Shown in pieces: positions 38,801 through 53,800 of a stretch of 64,000 nucleotides of DNA. The translations under genes and the position numbers were made by a program. Numbering within the stretch: the first letter of the stretch is position 1; the number at the start of each line of letters is the position of its first letter. This DNA comes from Glycera tridactyla (Eukaryota). The notes below the pieces were generated by a model. It was given only the letters and a program-made list of their open reading frames with translations, searched no databases and had not been told where the DNA came from. The stretch is taken from assembly GCA_965644265.1 (NCBI GenBank), contig OZ286476.1, positions 20,150,001 to 20,214,000 of the forward strand, written 5' to 3'.

Positions 38801-41800
38801 GTCCAAAACCACTCATCATTCTTGATTGACAAATTTTCAACAAATTTACTTGTTTACTTTTGTCTGATGGCTCCAGAATGGTTGATCAAGCTCAACAAAT
38901 TGCCAGCAACTTTGCGGCAGTCAAACTTGGCTCTTGATTTTATCATATATAGGCTACCAACTGCTTTCAGCAGCTTCAAATCCCATAGAATCCCAGGGGA
39001 AGTGATATGGTTGCATTAGATAAGGCTGCTCAAATTTCATGATTCAAACTAGCCAGGAAACCTGCACTCACATCTTGACCCTTGCTTCAGTAATTTTATA
39101 ACAATTTTCCTCAACAGTGGAACCTTCCCAGGAGAGCAAGAATTTTGTTCGACCGAAAATCTCTCAATTGGTTCAATGAAATTAGTCATCTTTTGATTAC
39201 CAGTATTCATAAAGAAATAAATTTCACAAGAAAGGTGAAAAATTGAAAAGAGGCTCCACTGAATGATGGTCATATTCAATTCCTGCACCTTGCAATTTAA
39301 ATTGTTAATTGCAATGTGTTTTTGCTAGAATTGTCTTCAGGATGTATCGCCTACTGTTGTTAATGTCTGATATTATTCAATATCTTTTGTCTGTCTGTGT
39401 GTACTGCTTGTGTTGTGATTGCTCTACATGTGTTGTCATTTGAATTATTGTTTGGGATATAGATATGATTATGACAATTTTTTTCCACTAAAGTGGCTTT
39501 GATCATGAGCAGAAGTATTCCAAGGAGAAGAATAAGTATCAACAAATTAAGCAAAGGGGAGATGTCAAACATGATGATTCTTTCTATGATTCCATACCTT
39601 ATTTAAATTGTACAGTGATGCAAGCCTTCAGGAAATTTCCTGAATTCAGAAAATTTGTCAAAAAATTCGAAATCCAAAAGTTTCTGGAAACGGGCTGAAA
39701 GTTTCAAATCTTGGGCTTTTGAAAGTATAGGGGGGTAGTTCAGGAAATTTGGTCAGGTTTCAGGGAATTCTGTTTCAGTGCACTTGCATCACTGATTATA
39801 GATGTATCGAGAAAGATTGTGAGTCGTATTGGGAGTGATGTGAGATGTTCATTCATCCCTATGAAAATTCTCTATAATATCATTCAGAACTTTTCATTTG
39901 AACTTAAAAACATCTTCCTACATTCTTAGAGCTTTAATTTCTGCAACATAAGCCAATGACAATTCATATGATTGAAATATTCATGTGAATGAGGAATACT
40001 CTGTTCAGTTCAAGGTCCAAGGTGTAACATTACATGGAATGGTTAGCAGGTTCTCATGAATTTCTCATCTATGTTACAGTTGAAGAACCCAAGTTCATGA
40101 CTCCATTGAGTGATCAATATGTCAAGGAGCAAGAAGAGGCCACATTCGTGTGCGAGGTTTCTCGAAAGAATGCGCCAGTGAAGTGGTTCCTTGACCGTAA
40201 GGAGATCAAACCAAGCGATAAATTCCAGATCATCGTCGAGGATAAGATCCATAAACTGATCATCAAGGATTGCAAGACGACTGACGCCAACAAGTACATG
40301 GCCAAACTCTCCATCAAAGAGAAGACCGAGGCCAAACTCTTCGTTGAAAGTGAGTATTCTTGTTTCAATACTGACGTATCCAAGTGCACTAATTATATTC
40401 TCTCAGAGTTCAATTTCAGGTCAAATTTGTCGTCTTGCGGAGATTATGCCATTTTCCCCGATCACCGGTAAACGGAAAAACATAATCTCACATTTATTCA
40501 TCATCTCATTTTTCATTTCAGGTGAAATATCAATTGGTGGGATGATATACAGATGATCATTCATTATGACCAGTTTCATTTCACCTGCCAGAAGCATAGC
40601 AAAGTATCACTCTGTCTGCCAAGGCTGTCATCCTAAAATCATGTGATATTTGACAACTCAAGTTGGTGTGAACCTGGAGATGAATTTATGTGTTTGCACT
40701 CAATAGCATTTCCAGGATTCTCAGAAAGGGGGGCACAGACTCATGTGGGAGACGAGGCAGTATTACCCCTCATGGCCCCGTTCATGTCAAGGGTGTTTGT
40801 GCTGGATTTGCCCCTCTTTGGATCTATCATTGGCACCTATGGTCACCTCACAGTTGCAGAGTTGCATCAAGGCATTTCACACATTTTGTTGACTGTGGGC
40901 CCATTTCAAGAGAATCAGGGACCATGATGCTTCACCTCCAGGGCTCGACGAGATGGCCTCCCACCTTGCCCTTGCAGGTAGATTTCCAAGGTGGGCAGGT
41001 TGATTTTGAAATCTACCTGCCCGATGGACAGGTAGAAAATGATAATAAATGCAATGAACAAATAATGAAGGCATGCTGAATTTTGAAGGGGGCAGGTAGA
41101 TTTGAAAATGCACCTGCCCAATGGGCACATGGATAATTTTGATTTTGTCATGCCCTCCCATCAAATTTAGGACAGACTCATGACAAATCTAGAAACTCGG
41201 GATAATATATCTATTAGTAGGCCACAGAACCCTGTGCATGCGGACTTGGATATCAAAGGATGGCCGTGTGTATGGGAGTCTAATCCTGTATGCATGTAAA
41301 CTCTTTTGATTGTTGGGAAATCCCCGAGAAAGACCATCTGGCTGCTGTAAGTAGAAGGTGACAGTGTAATGAGTAGGGATCGCCCTTGCCTTTTTAGGTG
41401 AATTCCTATTCATTTTGGACAAGATTGCCATGTTTATGATCCTGTTTTTACAGCACTCCCTGCGGAACCAGCTCCGGTGGAAGAGATAATCGCTGAGCCC
41501 GAGCCAGCCGCTGAGGCAAAGGCTCCTGAGGGTAAACATTTGTGACGATGTGCATTTAGTTCTGTTTACGTTCTTTGTTTGCTGCCCTAGTATTGTCGTT
41601 GTTCTTTTTATTTGAATTTTTCAGCCATGATATTCATCTTGTCTGAGTAGTATTGAGTTGGTGGAACTCCTCTTTCGGGACATTCCTCTTTTAGGAATTG
41701 AATATCGCTGATTGATGAGTATGCTCGCAATACAACCTTCAGTAAGGACTTCAGTAAAACCTGATCACAAAGGTCACTTATGGTCATTTGGAAAAGTGTA

Positions 41801-44800
41801 CTTTGTAGACATGTGGAATTACATAGTGGACCTTCGTACAGGTTTGGCTCATAAATACGAAACCTGAATTGATTGGGCATCGTATAGTACAACATTCAAC
41901 AAAAAATGAACAAAAACTCTTGTCATTCAGGAATGTATTGAAATAGGAGTTCCACTTATATCAGTGTGTACATACCCAAAATGTCACAAAAAAGTATTTC
42001 TGCATCAGTTTGGAAATGTGAAGATTAGAAGAGTGCAATATATATGCATATGTAAATTTGAAATAGGAATGAATCATGTCTAATAGCCATGTAAATTTCT
42101 TTTGAGATTTTGTGTTACATTTGAGCATATACTTATATCAATTATTCAATATTTTGTGACATTTTGCATAAATTTCATTTGTGCTTGACATTTTGATTAT
42201 GATTTTTGAACTGATTGACTTTGTCTGGTCACTTGTCCTCAAAACTGGAATTCTTTAAATAAATTCTGGGGTGACTGCTCTCTTCGGATTATAGCATTTT
42301 TGATGCAATATTTGATATTTTCAAATTTGGCCGTCAATTATGATTTAGAGTTCACCTGTTATTCTATATCAATTTTTTGTCAATATTGATGAATTTCTTG
42401 AAAACTAGCTCAGTCAGAGTCATGATGTTCATATCTGTGAATCAGTTTGTGTTTTATTTATGACATTTCACTCAATTTGAGTTGTATGTTGTCATGTACG
42501 TCTCTGTTTAGATATCTGAGCATTTCAATGTGTTTTTGTATTGGGTCAAGTTTTTCGTTCTGCCTGTTTTTTTTTCTCTTGGTGTTATTTCTACTACTTT
42601 GATTTCTTTTTCTTTTGAGTCTTTTATTCACATTCTGCATGTGATTCTGCTTTGCATTCTCTACTTTTCACCCTTACAATATAATTTGCATCTCTGTTAA
42701 ATGAAATTCCCCGTAACCAATCTGTTCATCCATTCATTCATTCATTCATTCATTCATTCATTCATTCATTCATTTAGCCAGTCAGTANNNNNNNNNNNNN
42801 NNNNNNNNNNNNNNNNNNNNNNNNNNNNNNNNNNNNNNNNNNNNNNNNNNNNNNNNNNNNNNNNNNNNNNNNNNNNNNNNNNNNNNNNNNNNNNNNNNNN
42901 NNNNNNNNNNNNNNNNNNNNNNNNNNNNNNNNNNNNNNNNNNNNNNNNNNNNNNNNNNNNNNNNNNNNNNNNNNNNNNNNNNNAGCCAGCCAGTCAGTCA
43001 GTCAGCCAGCCAGTCAGTCAGCCGGCCGGCCAGCCAGCCAGGCCCACAAACCCACCCTCCCATCCTCCTGCCAGTCAGAAAGTCAGTCAGTCAAATGGTT
43101 GGCCAGCGGGTTAGCAATAGACGCTACATTCGTGGGTGAAGAGATCTTCACGGATATCTCGGTAGAAATATCACCGATGTCAAGTGCACAATCTTCCATC
43201 TACATTCCATATTTTCTGCTACCACGGTAATCTGTAATTTGGAATGAACATTGAATACGGATGATTTCTGAAAATGTGATTTGTACATTTCAAATGTGTA
43301 TCGTGAAACACAGTTTCATCTAACCATCTCCCATTGTGTGAAAGTACACAAAAACAGCTTGAAAACGAGTATAAGACCGGATGGTCAACTGGGCTCTCTG
43401 GGTGTCTGTGTGGGGAGTGTAGCATGCACTTGGCTGTGCTGTGTGGCCACTTTTATCGGGGTGGTCCCCATAGCTCAGCTTGTAAGTCAGCTAGGCTGTC
43501 GGTGCCATGCTGGAGGTCCCAGGTTCAAATCTACAAGAAATCTGATGATTTCTGAAAATGTGATTTGTACATTTCAATGGTGTCTTGTGAAACAGTTTCA
43601 TCGAACATTGAAAACAGTTGAGAATATCAGATATATTTATCTGGACATTCCACAATTTGAAATATTGACATCATGATAAGAATCTGGAATGAAAAGCGAT
43701 TCCAGATTTTTTCATGAAGACAATTTTCAGTGTTGCAACAAACAAATCCCTGATGAGAGTATAGTCCAAAATGAGTTTAGTCTCGAATAAGTGAAATTCA
43801 TCATTACCTCATGTCCTTTGCACATCCTTCTTTCTTTGTGTGATTTCGCTTTGTGGGTATACGAGGTCAGTGTGTAGAAGTGTGTGATTTAGCAACGTGA
43901 GTTTGTAGGAGAGAACTTAGATGCTGATGTTTCCAGTTTACACACTCTCTGCTCTCTATCCCCCAGTTCCGGTAACCCTTCTGTCAATCGTTGACATCAA
44001 CAGTGTGTACAGTGGAGCCTGTAAAGAGCAAGCCCATGATGAGCATTGGCCTACTATGAGCAGATAATCTTCATAAGAACATTTTGCCGCCATTTCTTTA
44101 CAAAGATACCTTCAATCAGTACCTTATACATTAAACACCTGTCTTGAAGGACCAAATTCTGAGGTATTTGCGGTACTTGCTCATTGCCAGTTCCACTGTA
44201 TGCCATTTCAGGAATGCAATAATCTCTTTTTGCACAGATAGAATTTGAAATCTTTGGCTAATGTGAGAACAAAGATGAAAATGGGTTTCATCTCATAGTA
44301 TGTTCACCATTAATAATCATCATCATTCATAGCTATAATAAATTTTTGTTATAGTTATTATAGCAATGAATGCCACGGTCAGTGAATGCTTTTGTGATGA
44401 TGAGATAGGCGCACTTTTCATACAACTACTCAGGGATGTGCAGAGGGGTGGGCCCTGCACCATTTGCCACATTCAAATTCGAATTGGCCCACTGAGAGAT
44501 GATACAATGGGCCAATGACCCACTCTGAACAATGAACCCAGGGACATGCAGAGGGCAGCGCCCGGGAATGGCCCACTCAAATCCAAAATGACCCACTGAG
44601 TTCTGTGTTATTTGGTCATTTGACACATCAGGTGTTTTTCTCAGCACATCCCTGGTACTTTATGGATTTGACCTATTGCACCCTGAAATTGGGTAGAAGG
44701 GTTATTTCTGCACCCTGCTTTCTTTCCCTTTTCTAATATGCTTGCTTTTTGAGCTGTTTCATTTTCCATTGTTTTCCTAGACTCTCTTACTATTTTATGA

Positions 44801-47800
44801 TAAAGAAGGGAAGCACTTCTGATCATCTGATTTCTAATGCGTATGAATATCAGCCTCTCATATTTCACCCTATGTATTTATACTTAACTTCTTAGAACGT
44901 GCTATACCTGATTACTATTGCTCTTGATTATTTGTATTCTTTTCTTTACTGTTTTATTGGTGCATATGTTTCTCTGATGAGTTGCATTAGCTACATCCTG
45001 TGAAACTGAAGTCTCTCATAAAGTGGATACTCAAAGAATAAGAGATTTTTACTTCTAGCCACCCCTCATGCTGCTACCTGTAGGGTGGGCAAGGCTAATA
45101 TGAGATGTGGTGTGAAGAATATGTTGAAATATTGTCAAGATGTCCACACATCTTGGCCTAATATCGGAGTTAATCGGTCAAAAACTCATCTTTTGTGTGA
45201 GGATTACACAATGAGAACTTGTTTTCAATATCTTCGGAGGTGGTCGAGACTATTCATCTCCCGTCAAACAAAAAAGAATTAGACAGTTCCGGTGATTTAT
45301 AGACTTGTCACAACTACGAGCCACAAGTAACCTTAGCTGATGGTTCCTACCCGAAATCTTGTAAACCATAATCCATAATAATATCATTATCTTCTGAATT
45401 ACAAACTGATATCATAGCACCATTATCTTATCAATTTTTAGTCATCATCACAATTTCATACCTGTGCACCACTAATTTTTTTCACAATTTCCGAATTTGT
45501 TTAGAGTGTTATCACTATTTCTTATCTCTGCACCATTCTGATGGATTCTAATCTATAATCATGATTCACTATCTCAGCACTTACTGATCAATATTTCAAT
45601 CGCATTTTTTTTATCACAAATTTTTATTGCAATTTTTTCATTGCAATTTCTGATGAATTTTTCAAATTGCTATTGCTATCTCTATCATCTCTGGACCGTT
45701 CTCTGATCATTTCTAATTTATTATCACAATTCACCATCTCAACATGATCTTATTACTGATCAATTTTTTTATCACAATTTCTGATCAATTTTGGATTACT
45801 ATTTGCAACCTCCTATCTCTTTACTATTCTCTGATCAATTTTATATCAATACTGATTTTTATGGGAAATTCATGCTATAGGCAGACAGATCATCATGTTA
45901 GAACTTCATCTCTGTTTAGTGATGGTGTTCAAGTATGAATGTTTATTTTCCAGAACTGCCAGTCAAGTTTGTCGTTCAACTGAAGGAGACAGAGACCATT
46001 GAGAATAGCACCATCACCATTGAGTGCCAGGTGAGTGAAGTTTTGAATCAGATTGTAGAACTCTCCACAGGGTTTTTGTTGTTCACCAATAAGTCACATC
46101 AAAGTTTGGTGCCTACCATATATCGCCGTATACACACCCATACCTAATTAAACGCACACCCCGTGTACAATGATGACGTGGTTTCAAACAATCGCCCCAA
46201 AATTGTGTATTTTGTGATAAAAACGAAAGGCCGGCATCTTCAATAGCGATTTGGGTGCCATTGGGTGCAATCGATTTCTCACCAGATTTGGTTCCAAATA
46301 GACATGCCCACAGGATTTGACTATGCCATCTTGCACTGTGCATATATTCGTCAATATACGGTATGATAGTCTAGAACAAATGCAGGGATTTGTTAACCTC
46401 CATATCCTGTAAAGATTGAAGGATTTGTCTCTGTATAGTTTGTGACACAACTTTATAGAATAGAGATGGATTGCAGTGAAATTAGGTGAATGTAGTGGTT
46501 TACGATCTGGTATCCTCAGCAAGTTCACCTGACTTTTGGAAGGCAGAAAGTGGCTGCTTGGGACAAGTGGCTGATAAGAGGAAGTGAAATATACAGTCTA
46601 ACCTGTCCTATGCAGCCACTGTACTAAGCAGCCACCTGCCCTAAGCAGCCACTTCTCCAATTCCCGCCAGGGTTTCTTCCACTATAATTAACCTTCTCTA
46701 AGCAGCCACCTGCCCTGAGCAGCCACTTTTTGTCATCCCGAAGGGTGGCTGCTTAGAACAGGTTTGACTGTAGTGACAAATCTTCCAGTGGCAGATTCAG
46801 AAGTGGCTGCTTAGGTCAGGTGACTGCTTAGTACGGGTTAGACTATGCTTATGCCAGTTGGTGTGTAACACTGGAGCGGCATTATGTTTTCGAATTGACC
46901 CTGGTGTGGATGGATGGATGGATGGATGACTGGGTGGGCGAATGATGGTTTCCTGACAATAACTCAAAGACTTTCAGAGCTAGCCATCTCATACTTGTTG
47001 GTGCAGTGTTGTTGGTCTTATAATTCTAGGTATCTCGTCAACACCGGACCAAATGGTTCAAGGACGGCAAAGAAATCCAGAGAGACCAGCATTTTGCCAT
47101 CACGACAGAAGACACGTGGCACCGTCTCACCATCAATAAAATCACACTCGAAGACGAGGCCGAGTACTCTTGTACACTACCTGAAGACGTAACCAAGGCA
47201 ACGGTTTGGGTTGAAGGTAAGACAAATTCTATGTCAACCCATCCGCCACTTTCAACAGTGTGCTGTGTTGCCTCATCTCATGTTAACCTACATCTATGTA
47301 TCATATTCCCTATAAATTCTTCATGAATATGCCAATCTCCATCATCCATGTTGCTCATATATTTTCTTGTACAGACTTTTCTTCATTCGTTCATTCATAC
47401 CCATCCCTTTATTCACCCTTTTTTCTTTATATTGTGTACCCCTTGTAGCACTCATTACTTCGATTTATTCCCTACTCAATCAATCATTCAAAAGGACAAA
47501 ACCTATCATATCATCTACATACTCATCATTATGATTTCTCATCATCTAGGATTGTTGAAATTCCAGGGGTACTGTTTTTTATATCTTCTGGTTTTCACGA
47601 TTTTTAATACATCAATGCAGTTTGCTCCTGTCCTGTGTGTGGTGCAGTGTAGTGGAATTCAGATCAGCTCCAGAGATCGGGAATAAATTCTCATGGTTTG
47701 TATAGGTGTGGTTTTATTATTGAATCTGTCACATGAGGAAATCACATCAAAGTATCAGATCCTATTTACGGGGGTCAACAAGTTTCCATAGGTGGAGAAA

Positions 47801-50800
47801 GCACTGGGTCTTTATGAGAAAACATAGAACCTATGTACTTTTCCACCAACTTTGGAGATTTGTAGACTGGTTGAATAGGTCTCCAATCCATCATGATGGT
47901 AGGTATGTTGATCACATTTTGGTTCGTTGAACACTCTAGGATTAATCTTCCCATATTCTCAAGTGTTTTGGGTCTACTAGCAGTGCTCCATGGTTGGTGT
48001 CAGTGGTCTTCTCTTTCCGGAAAGGATGTAGATGATGATTTACTCCTATTATAAAGCTAGTTTTAGTCATGCCCCATTTGCAAATATCTGTGATCCAAGT
48101 ATATGGAATTATGTTTGACACCCCAAATCAGCAGAATATTGGTTGTACTGATTTCTCCCTGAATTTGATCACACGAAATTGCTAATCATCTATGGGGACC
48201 AGTTGCTTCAACTAGACAAAAATAATCAAAATCATATCAACGTTCAGTTTGATCACTTCGGAAATCCGGAATAGCAAGGGTCACAAAAATGTCGTATTGA
48301 CTGTTGTATACTTGTTTGGTGGAGGGTTTCTTCCTTGTGGTCAGTCTCAGGATCCAAGTTATCCTTCTTCAGAGTTTCTCCCCTTCGTTGTAGTGACCCC
48401 AACTTGTAGGCGATGTTTGCCCGTAGCATGAGTCCGTCCATCTCACTGGCTTAGAACACATTCTTCCATGGTCCTTGCTCAATATTCTCAAAGGCTTGTA
48501 AATTCCTTTGTGATCTTTTTCGGTCACCACAAATTCTTTGTATGCAATTCAAGTATTGCCGATATTGCACATATTGAATTGCTCAAACATATGCCCAATA
48601 AAGGTCTATGATGAATAGGCATAGGGTTTTCACGTCTGATTATGAGGTACAGTAAAACCTGTGATGAGAGCCCACCGTAAATGCACCCATAATACCATTC
48701 CTCAAAAGGGATTTGTCTCTCATATGAGGTATATTTGTCCAAGAAATAGACAACGTAAAAGAGCAGACCCCATTGGAAATGCTCTGTCATTGCAGTCTTT
48801 TCTCACAGGTTTCACTATACTGGATTTTGTGACCCACTTAAGGAGCCCTTTCCTGTGAAATCCAGCTGGTGATATTTCTCTCCACAAGTGGAAAATGTTC
48901 GCTTTGTACTGAAGATGATGTTTCTTGCCAAAAAAGCCAGTGTAACCCTAATCACCAAAGTGTGGATTGAGTAATTATTTCCCATCCTTAGCATTTGTGG
49001 TTTTCAAATCCAATCAAATGTCATCATGACAATTGCATCTCTCCCGATGTGATGGAAGATGTCATATGAAGGACCCAGAGATGATTCTCCATCAATTTGT
49101 TTGTTTGTCTGGACTTTCAGATCTTCATCCTAATTTAATTTTATCATCTGACATCTTCTGTTTTCTTCTCTGACCTACTACTTTTCTACCATATACAGTT
49201 GAACTTGTCCTAAGCATGTAAGAACCCAAAGTGCTGAAACTGGGGTGAATTGTGTTACTCAGGGCAAATTCCTACTTGGCACAGGTGATTTCAAGCGGAA
49301 AATACTCTGATAAGATGAACAGAAACCTGATGTTTAGGGCAAGTCGCAACTCAGCAAAGGTTATTCCTTGTGAAAAGGTCTCTTGCCCGATATAAATCTT
49401 GCTCAGGACAAGTTCGATTGTACCGATATCCATTCAACCACATTATGTTACACACTCTTCTCAGTCTCCCTTCCCAAACCTCCACCTTTTCATCTCATCT
49501 ACTCATGAGACCAGTAACACCAATTCCACTTTCAGCTCGACAGGTTGATTTTTTCCACTGGAAAGCTTGTTTCCACAAAGCCAGGCAAATGATACATGTA
49601 TATGATTTGGCAAACTTGAGCAAATATTAGCTTTTGTGTGCAGGGACAAACAACATGCATCAATACTGTTTTACCAAATGATATTTTCTGATGTTTTATG
49701 TTTCTATGATATCTGCAATATATGTGGTATTGACAGATCATTGTTCAACAGTGTTGATCAAAGATGTATTCTTGTATTATCTGTTCTTGTCAGTCATATA
49801 TGACTATTGTGTTCAACTTAATCAAGCCCAGAACCTTTTTCTGTGTATGTGTACATGTTAGTGGGTATCAGTTCTCTTCATATACTGCGAATGTGATCAG
49901 AGTTGGTCCTGCGTGTTGAGAAGCTGGATGTATTATGTGTCTGTGAGATTTTAATTTTTTTTTCCAAAAATGAATGATCAAACGTATGTATGTATATTTC
50001 TGAGTGTGAATATTAAACTTTTAGGAGTTTTGATACAAACTTTAAACTAGGAAATAGATATATTAGTCAACTATAGTAGTCAATATGTAGCTTGTAGATT
50101 TTTAATCTGTACAAAATTCTGACGTCAGTGTGCTTCATGAGATTCACAATAATGTTGAGTAGGATATAGGCTTAAGCCTCAACACTGTAACAGATATTAC
50201 TACTATCTTTCAAGAAGACACGAAGGAGAAAGACTGGACATCACACAAGGACTGTTCCTCATAATTAGACATGGACTACAGATTACCAGTATATCTGACC
50301 TCACACTCAAAGGATGGACCTAGCAATCACATATTGACTTTTACCCTCCTCCTAGTTCCCTGTATTTGTGTGTGTTGTACCTGATTATGACTGATATGTC
50401 AGAATCAGTGGAGCAGTATCTTTTCTCAATAAATCCAGAAATTTTCTTTTGCCATTTCCAAGTTGACAAACATTTATTTTTTATTCAAATATGATTCACA
50501 TTTTAGTCCAGTAAGGGGCTTTTAGGCTTCCATTTTTACTCTAGAGACTGCCCAAAATTTCGCCAAAATGCGGTCTCTCCGAGAATTGGTCCCTCTCAGA
50601 GCTGGTCTTTCAAACAAACTCCCCTCTTTATGGGGATATATTTGACTATGTCAAGCTGGCCAGAAAAATATCAGCCCCTGTCAGTGGTGGTCTCTCGTTG
50701 GCACTAACCATGGCATACTTGCACCAAGAGCTCTATTTCAAGATGGATCCACTGGAGGTTCCTGCCTAAAAAGAATAATATTGATATAAGCCACTTTGGT

Positions 50801-53800
50801 GGTATTTTACCAGAATACTGCTTCCACTTTGTTCTGATATCTGGTGTGGAGACCTCCCTCTAAGTTATTTTTTTAGAAGTGACAGTCATACTTTATCAGT
50901 CAATACTGTGTTTGGTTTTTATTTTATAGGCGTGAGTTTGTAGTGANNNNNNNNNNNNNNNNNNNNNNNNNNNNNNNNNNNNNNNNNNNNNNNNNNNNNN
51001 NNNNNNNNNNNNNNNNNNNNNNNNNNNNNNNNNNNNNNNNNNNNNNNNNNNNNNNNNNNNNNNNNNNNNNNNNNNNNNNNNNNNNNNNNNNNNNNATATG
51101 GTACAGCTGAGACGTGAGTCTGTCATGAGCAAAAGTGAAATGGGTTACAGGTGTGAATGAGAACTTGTTAATGAGATACGAGAAGTGTGATTGTCAGGAT
51201 TTGCCTCTCCAACTTCCAGCCACTGAGCACAGCTTTATCCAAAGTGAATTTCAATGATATACAGGATGTCATACCAATACATGTATTTCCATTCTCGAGA
51301 ATCTGATGTGATCAGCAAAATATGCTACTCAATATATTGTTGTACCACTTCATCAAAATGTCTGATACTTTCAATTTTTGGAACAAGACTTGCATAATGA
51401 ACATGAAATTAACCTACTTTGGAAAGATTGTTGAAGCGTTTCATGACGTTTCAACTACTTTGCTAGCAGTCTTGCTCACATACTGAGTCGGTGGCTATGA
51501 ATCAAAAACATGCGTAATTCATAAACTAATCGAATTCTCTATATTTTATTATGTTTAAGAGGAGTTGGAGTCTGAATCTAAGTTTTCAGTTTCAACATTG
51601 CATCGATACACAAGAAATTTCTCACCTTTATTTCTCACCAAATCACAGTACCCTTTCAGTCTCCTGTTTCATTTTGGTTGATCCTGTATATCATGTCCCA
51701 AATTGTTTTTGCAGTGCACCATACCATGCTTATGATCACCTTTTTTTCCAGTGTTTGAATGTTTTGTGAAGGATATTCCTCCATGCACAGATTCTGCCTG
51801 ATAACGGAATTATGAGTAATAATAATCATTCACTTCTGACTCAGATGTCTGGTTGAATGCTTCTCTATTTGAAACCAAAAACCGCAATGAAAACACAATG
51901 GAACAATAGAGCCTATGACCAGAAAAGGCTCTCCAAAAATATAGCTATAGCATTTCACAAATGTACCTCTGACAAAAAGACACCCTATCTTTAGAGACCA
52001 AATTCTCGAGGATTGAAGGTGCTTGCTAATTGTGGATTTCATTAAATGATCTAGAATGTTTATCAGTAGATAGTTTGGTGACTTTAAGCCGTCTCTCTCT
52101 ATGAATTTAGTCAGAGTCTGTGCAAGGAGTGACAATTGAAAAACTTCCAGGCTGAGCCTCTGCTGTTCTCGCTCAACTATTGGAAAAGATGGGTGGGGTA
52201 CATATAATGGATGACATTTGAATGGGAATAATGAAATGATCTCATTATATCTAGCATTTTATTAGTGGTCTCAGTTTCCTGATGGATTAGTGGCTGTTTG
52301 CTAATCCATATTGTGACCGAGGCTGCTAGTGGAGTGGTAGAAGTGGCTTGACCATTTAGCCAATTTTTCTTCCCAAAATCAGTCCATATGTCGACAACCT
52401 GAATTGCCTCATATCTGAGAGGGATTTGGCATTATTTTTGGCGTTGAATATTTTTCTTCATCAATCACATGATTCAAAACTGCATTATAGGCCATAACAG
52501 CCATTCAGTGTGGCACACATTGCAAGAAGTGCCAGCTAGTGGTGACTTTTGCAACCAGTGGTTCTGAGGTCCACTAGATGGTTGATACCATAATTTTGAT
52601 ATACATGTAGTTAAAGCATGTATTCATGAGTAAACATTAGTTTGAAAACGCCATGCTCAGTAAATGATCAATGATCATTGTAGTATAACCTCCTACATTC
52701 AATACAGAATATCATAAAATGTAATAAGCAAATGAATAACAACTTCAAGTGTATTCTGAAGTACTTGGTGGTGAGAGGTAATCCTGATCAAGGACTTATT
52801 TTTACTGTGAGAATGGTTTTCAATCCATGTCTTTCTTAATTTTTTACCAGTTCCAGTTCTGTTAAAGGTAAATCATATCAAATATTCAAAGGCAGGATAT
52901 ATATTCTGGTGGTATGAAGAGATCAAAATCTACTGGGATGGCCATGTATCTACCCATATATCTGTTGGCAACCATTTCGATGAGATCAGTATATACTCAA
53001 GCCTGGCATTATGTCATGTACTTTCTGAACTTTTCAGACTACACAAAAGACTGCCACTTCCCACTTGTGTCAGAAGGATATCCATTACTTTTGCTTTTCC
53101 ACCTGAATGAGTATTGCCTATGTCATACCTGTATACAGTAAAACCTGTCTTGGGAGACCGCCCCAAATGCCATCAAAAAGTGGTCTCTCAAGACAGGTGG
53201 TCTCTCATTGGAGGTATATTTGACTATGTCAAATATAGAAGAACCGATAAAGATTGGTCTCCCAATAGAGGGTGGTCTCCCAAAAGAGGGGTCTCCCTAG
53301 ACAGGTTTCACTGTATCACGGATTTGGTATCTATCAAAATATAAATTAGATCTGAGACAGGAAATGGCAGTCTTTTGTAGCTTTATACCGATATTTCACA
53401 CATGTTTCACTAAAAAAAACTCTCAGGTAATTACTTTTACAATCTTGTTTTGGACTTTCTAAGTTAATTGGCGCGATGCCATGTGGAAGATTTTACATAT
53501 TCTTATTGATCTTATAAAAACACAAGTCAAATAGATTCACTTATCGATGAGAGAGTTCAGTGTGGTCCGTTTTCACATCTTTCATTATCTCGGTTTCTCA
53601 TGTGTGCAATATTGGTACATTTTTTCTTCTAGGACTTTCACCCTTTGATTTCCAGGTCGATGTGACTGCTGTGAAATATTTTCTAAGCTTGTGACTTTTT
53701 CAGCACCTGTGCAGTTTCTGCTGCCATTCCATCCAAGGACTCTGGCTAACAGCTTTTCATCTTCTTTCCTGTTTACACACATTTGTAATCCTTGCCATGC

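Noticed and set aside
43462-43535. Intact tRNA gene (also 2031-2115)
   Set aside because: A and B boxes are present, but I could not form an acceptor stem or full cloverleaf, and both sit in a shared interspersed repeat.
43967-43971. Micro-exon candidates (ccccag|TTCCG|gtaacc; also 52851-52867 accag|TTCCAGTTCTGTTAAAG|gtaaat)
   Set aside because: Lengths of 5 and 17 nt break the phase-1 frame, and no compensating partner exon was found.
50215-50263. Possible terminal exon (E)DTKEKDWTSHKDCSS-stop
   Set aside because: Weak AAG acceptor, short pyrimidine tract and no other support.
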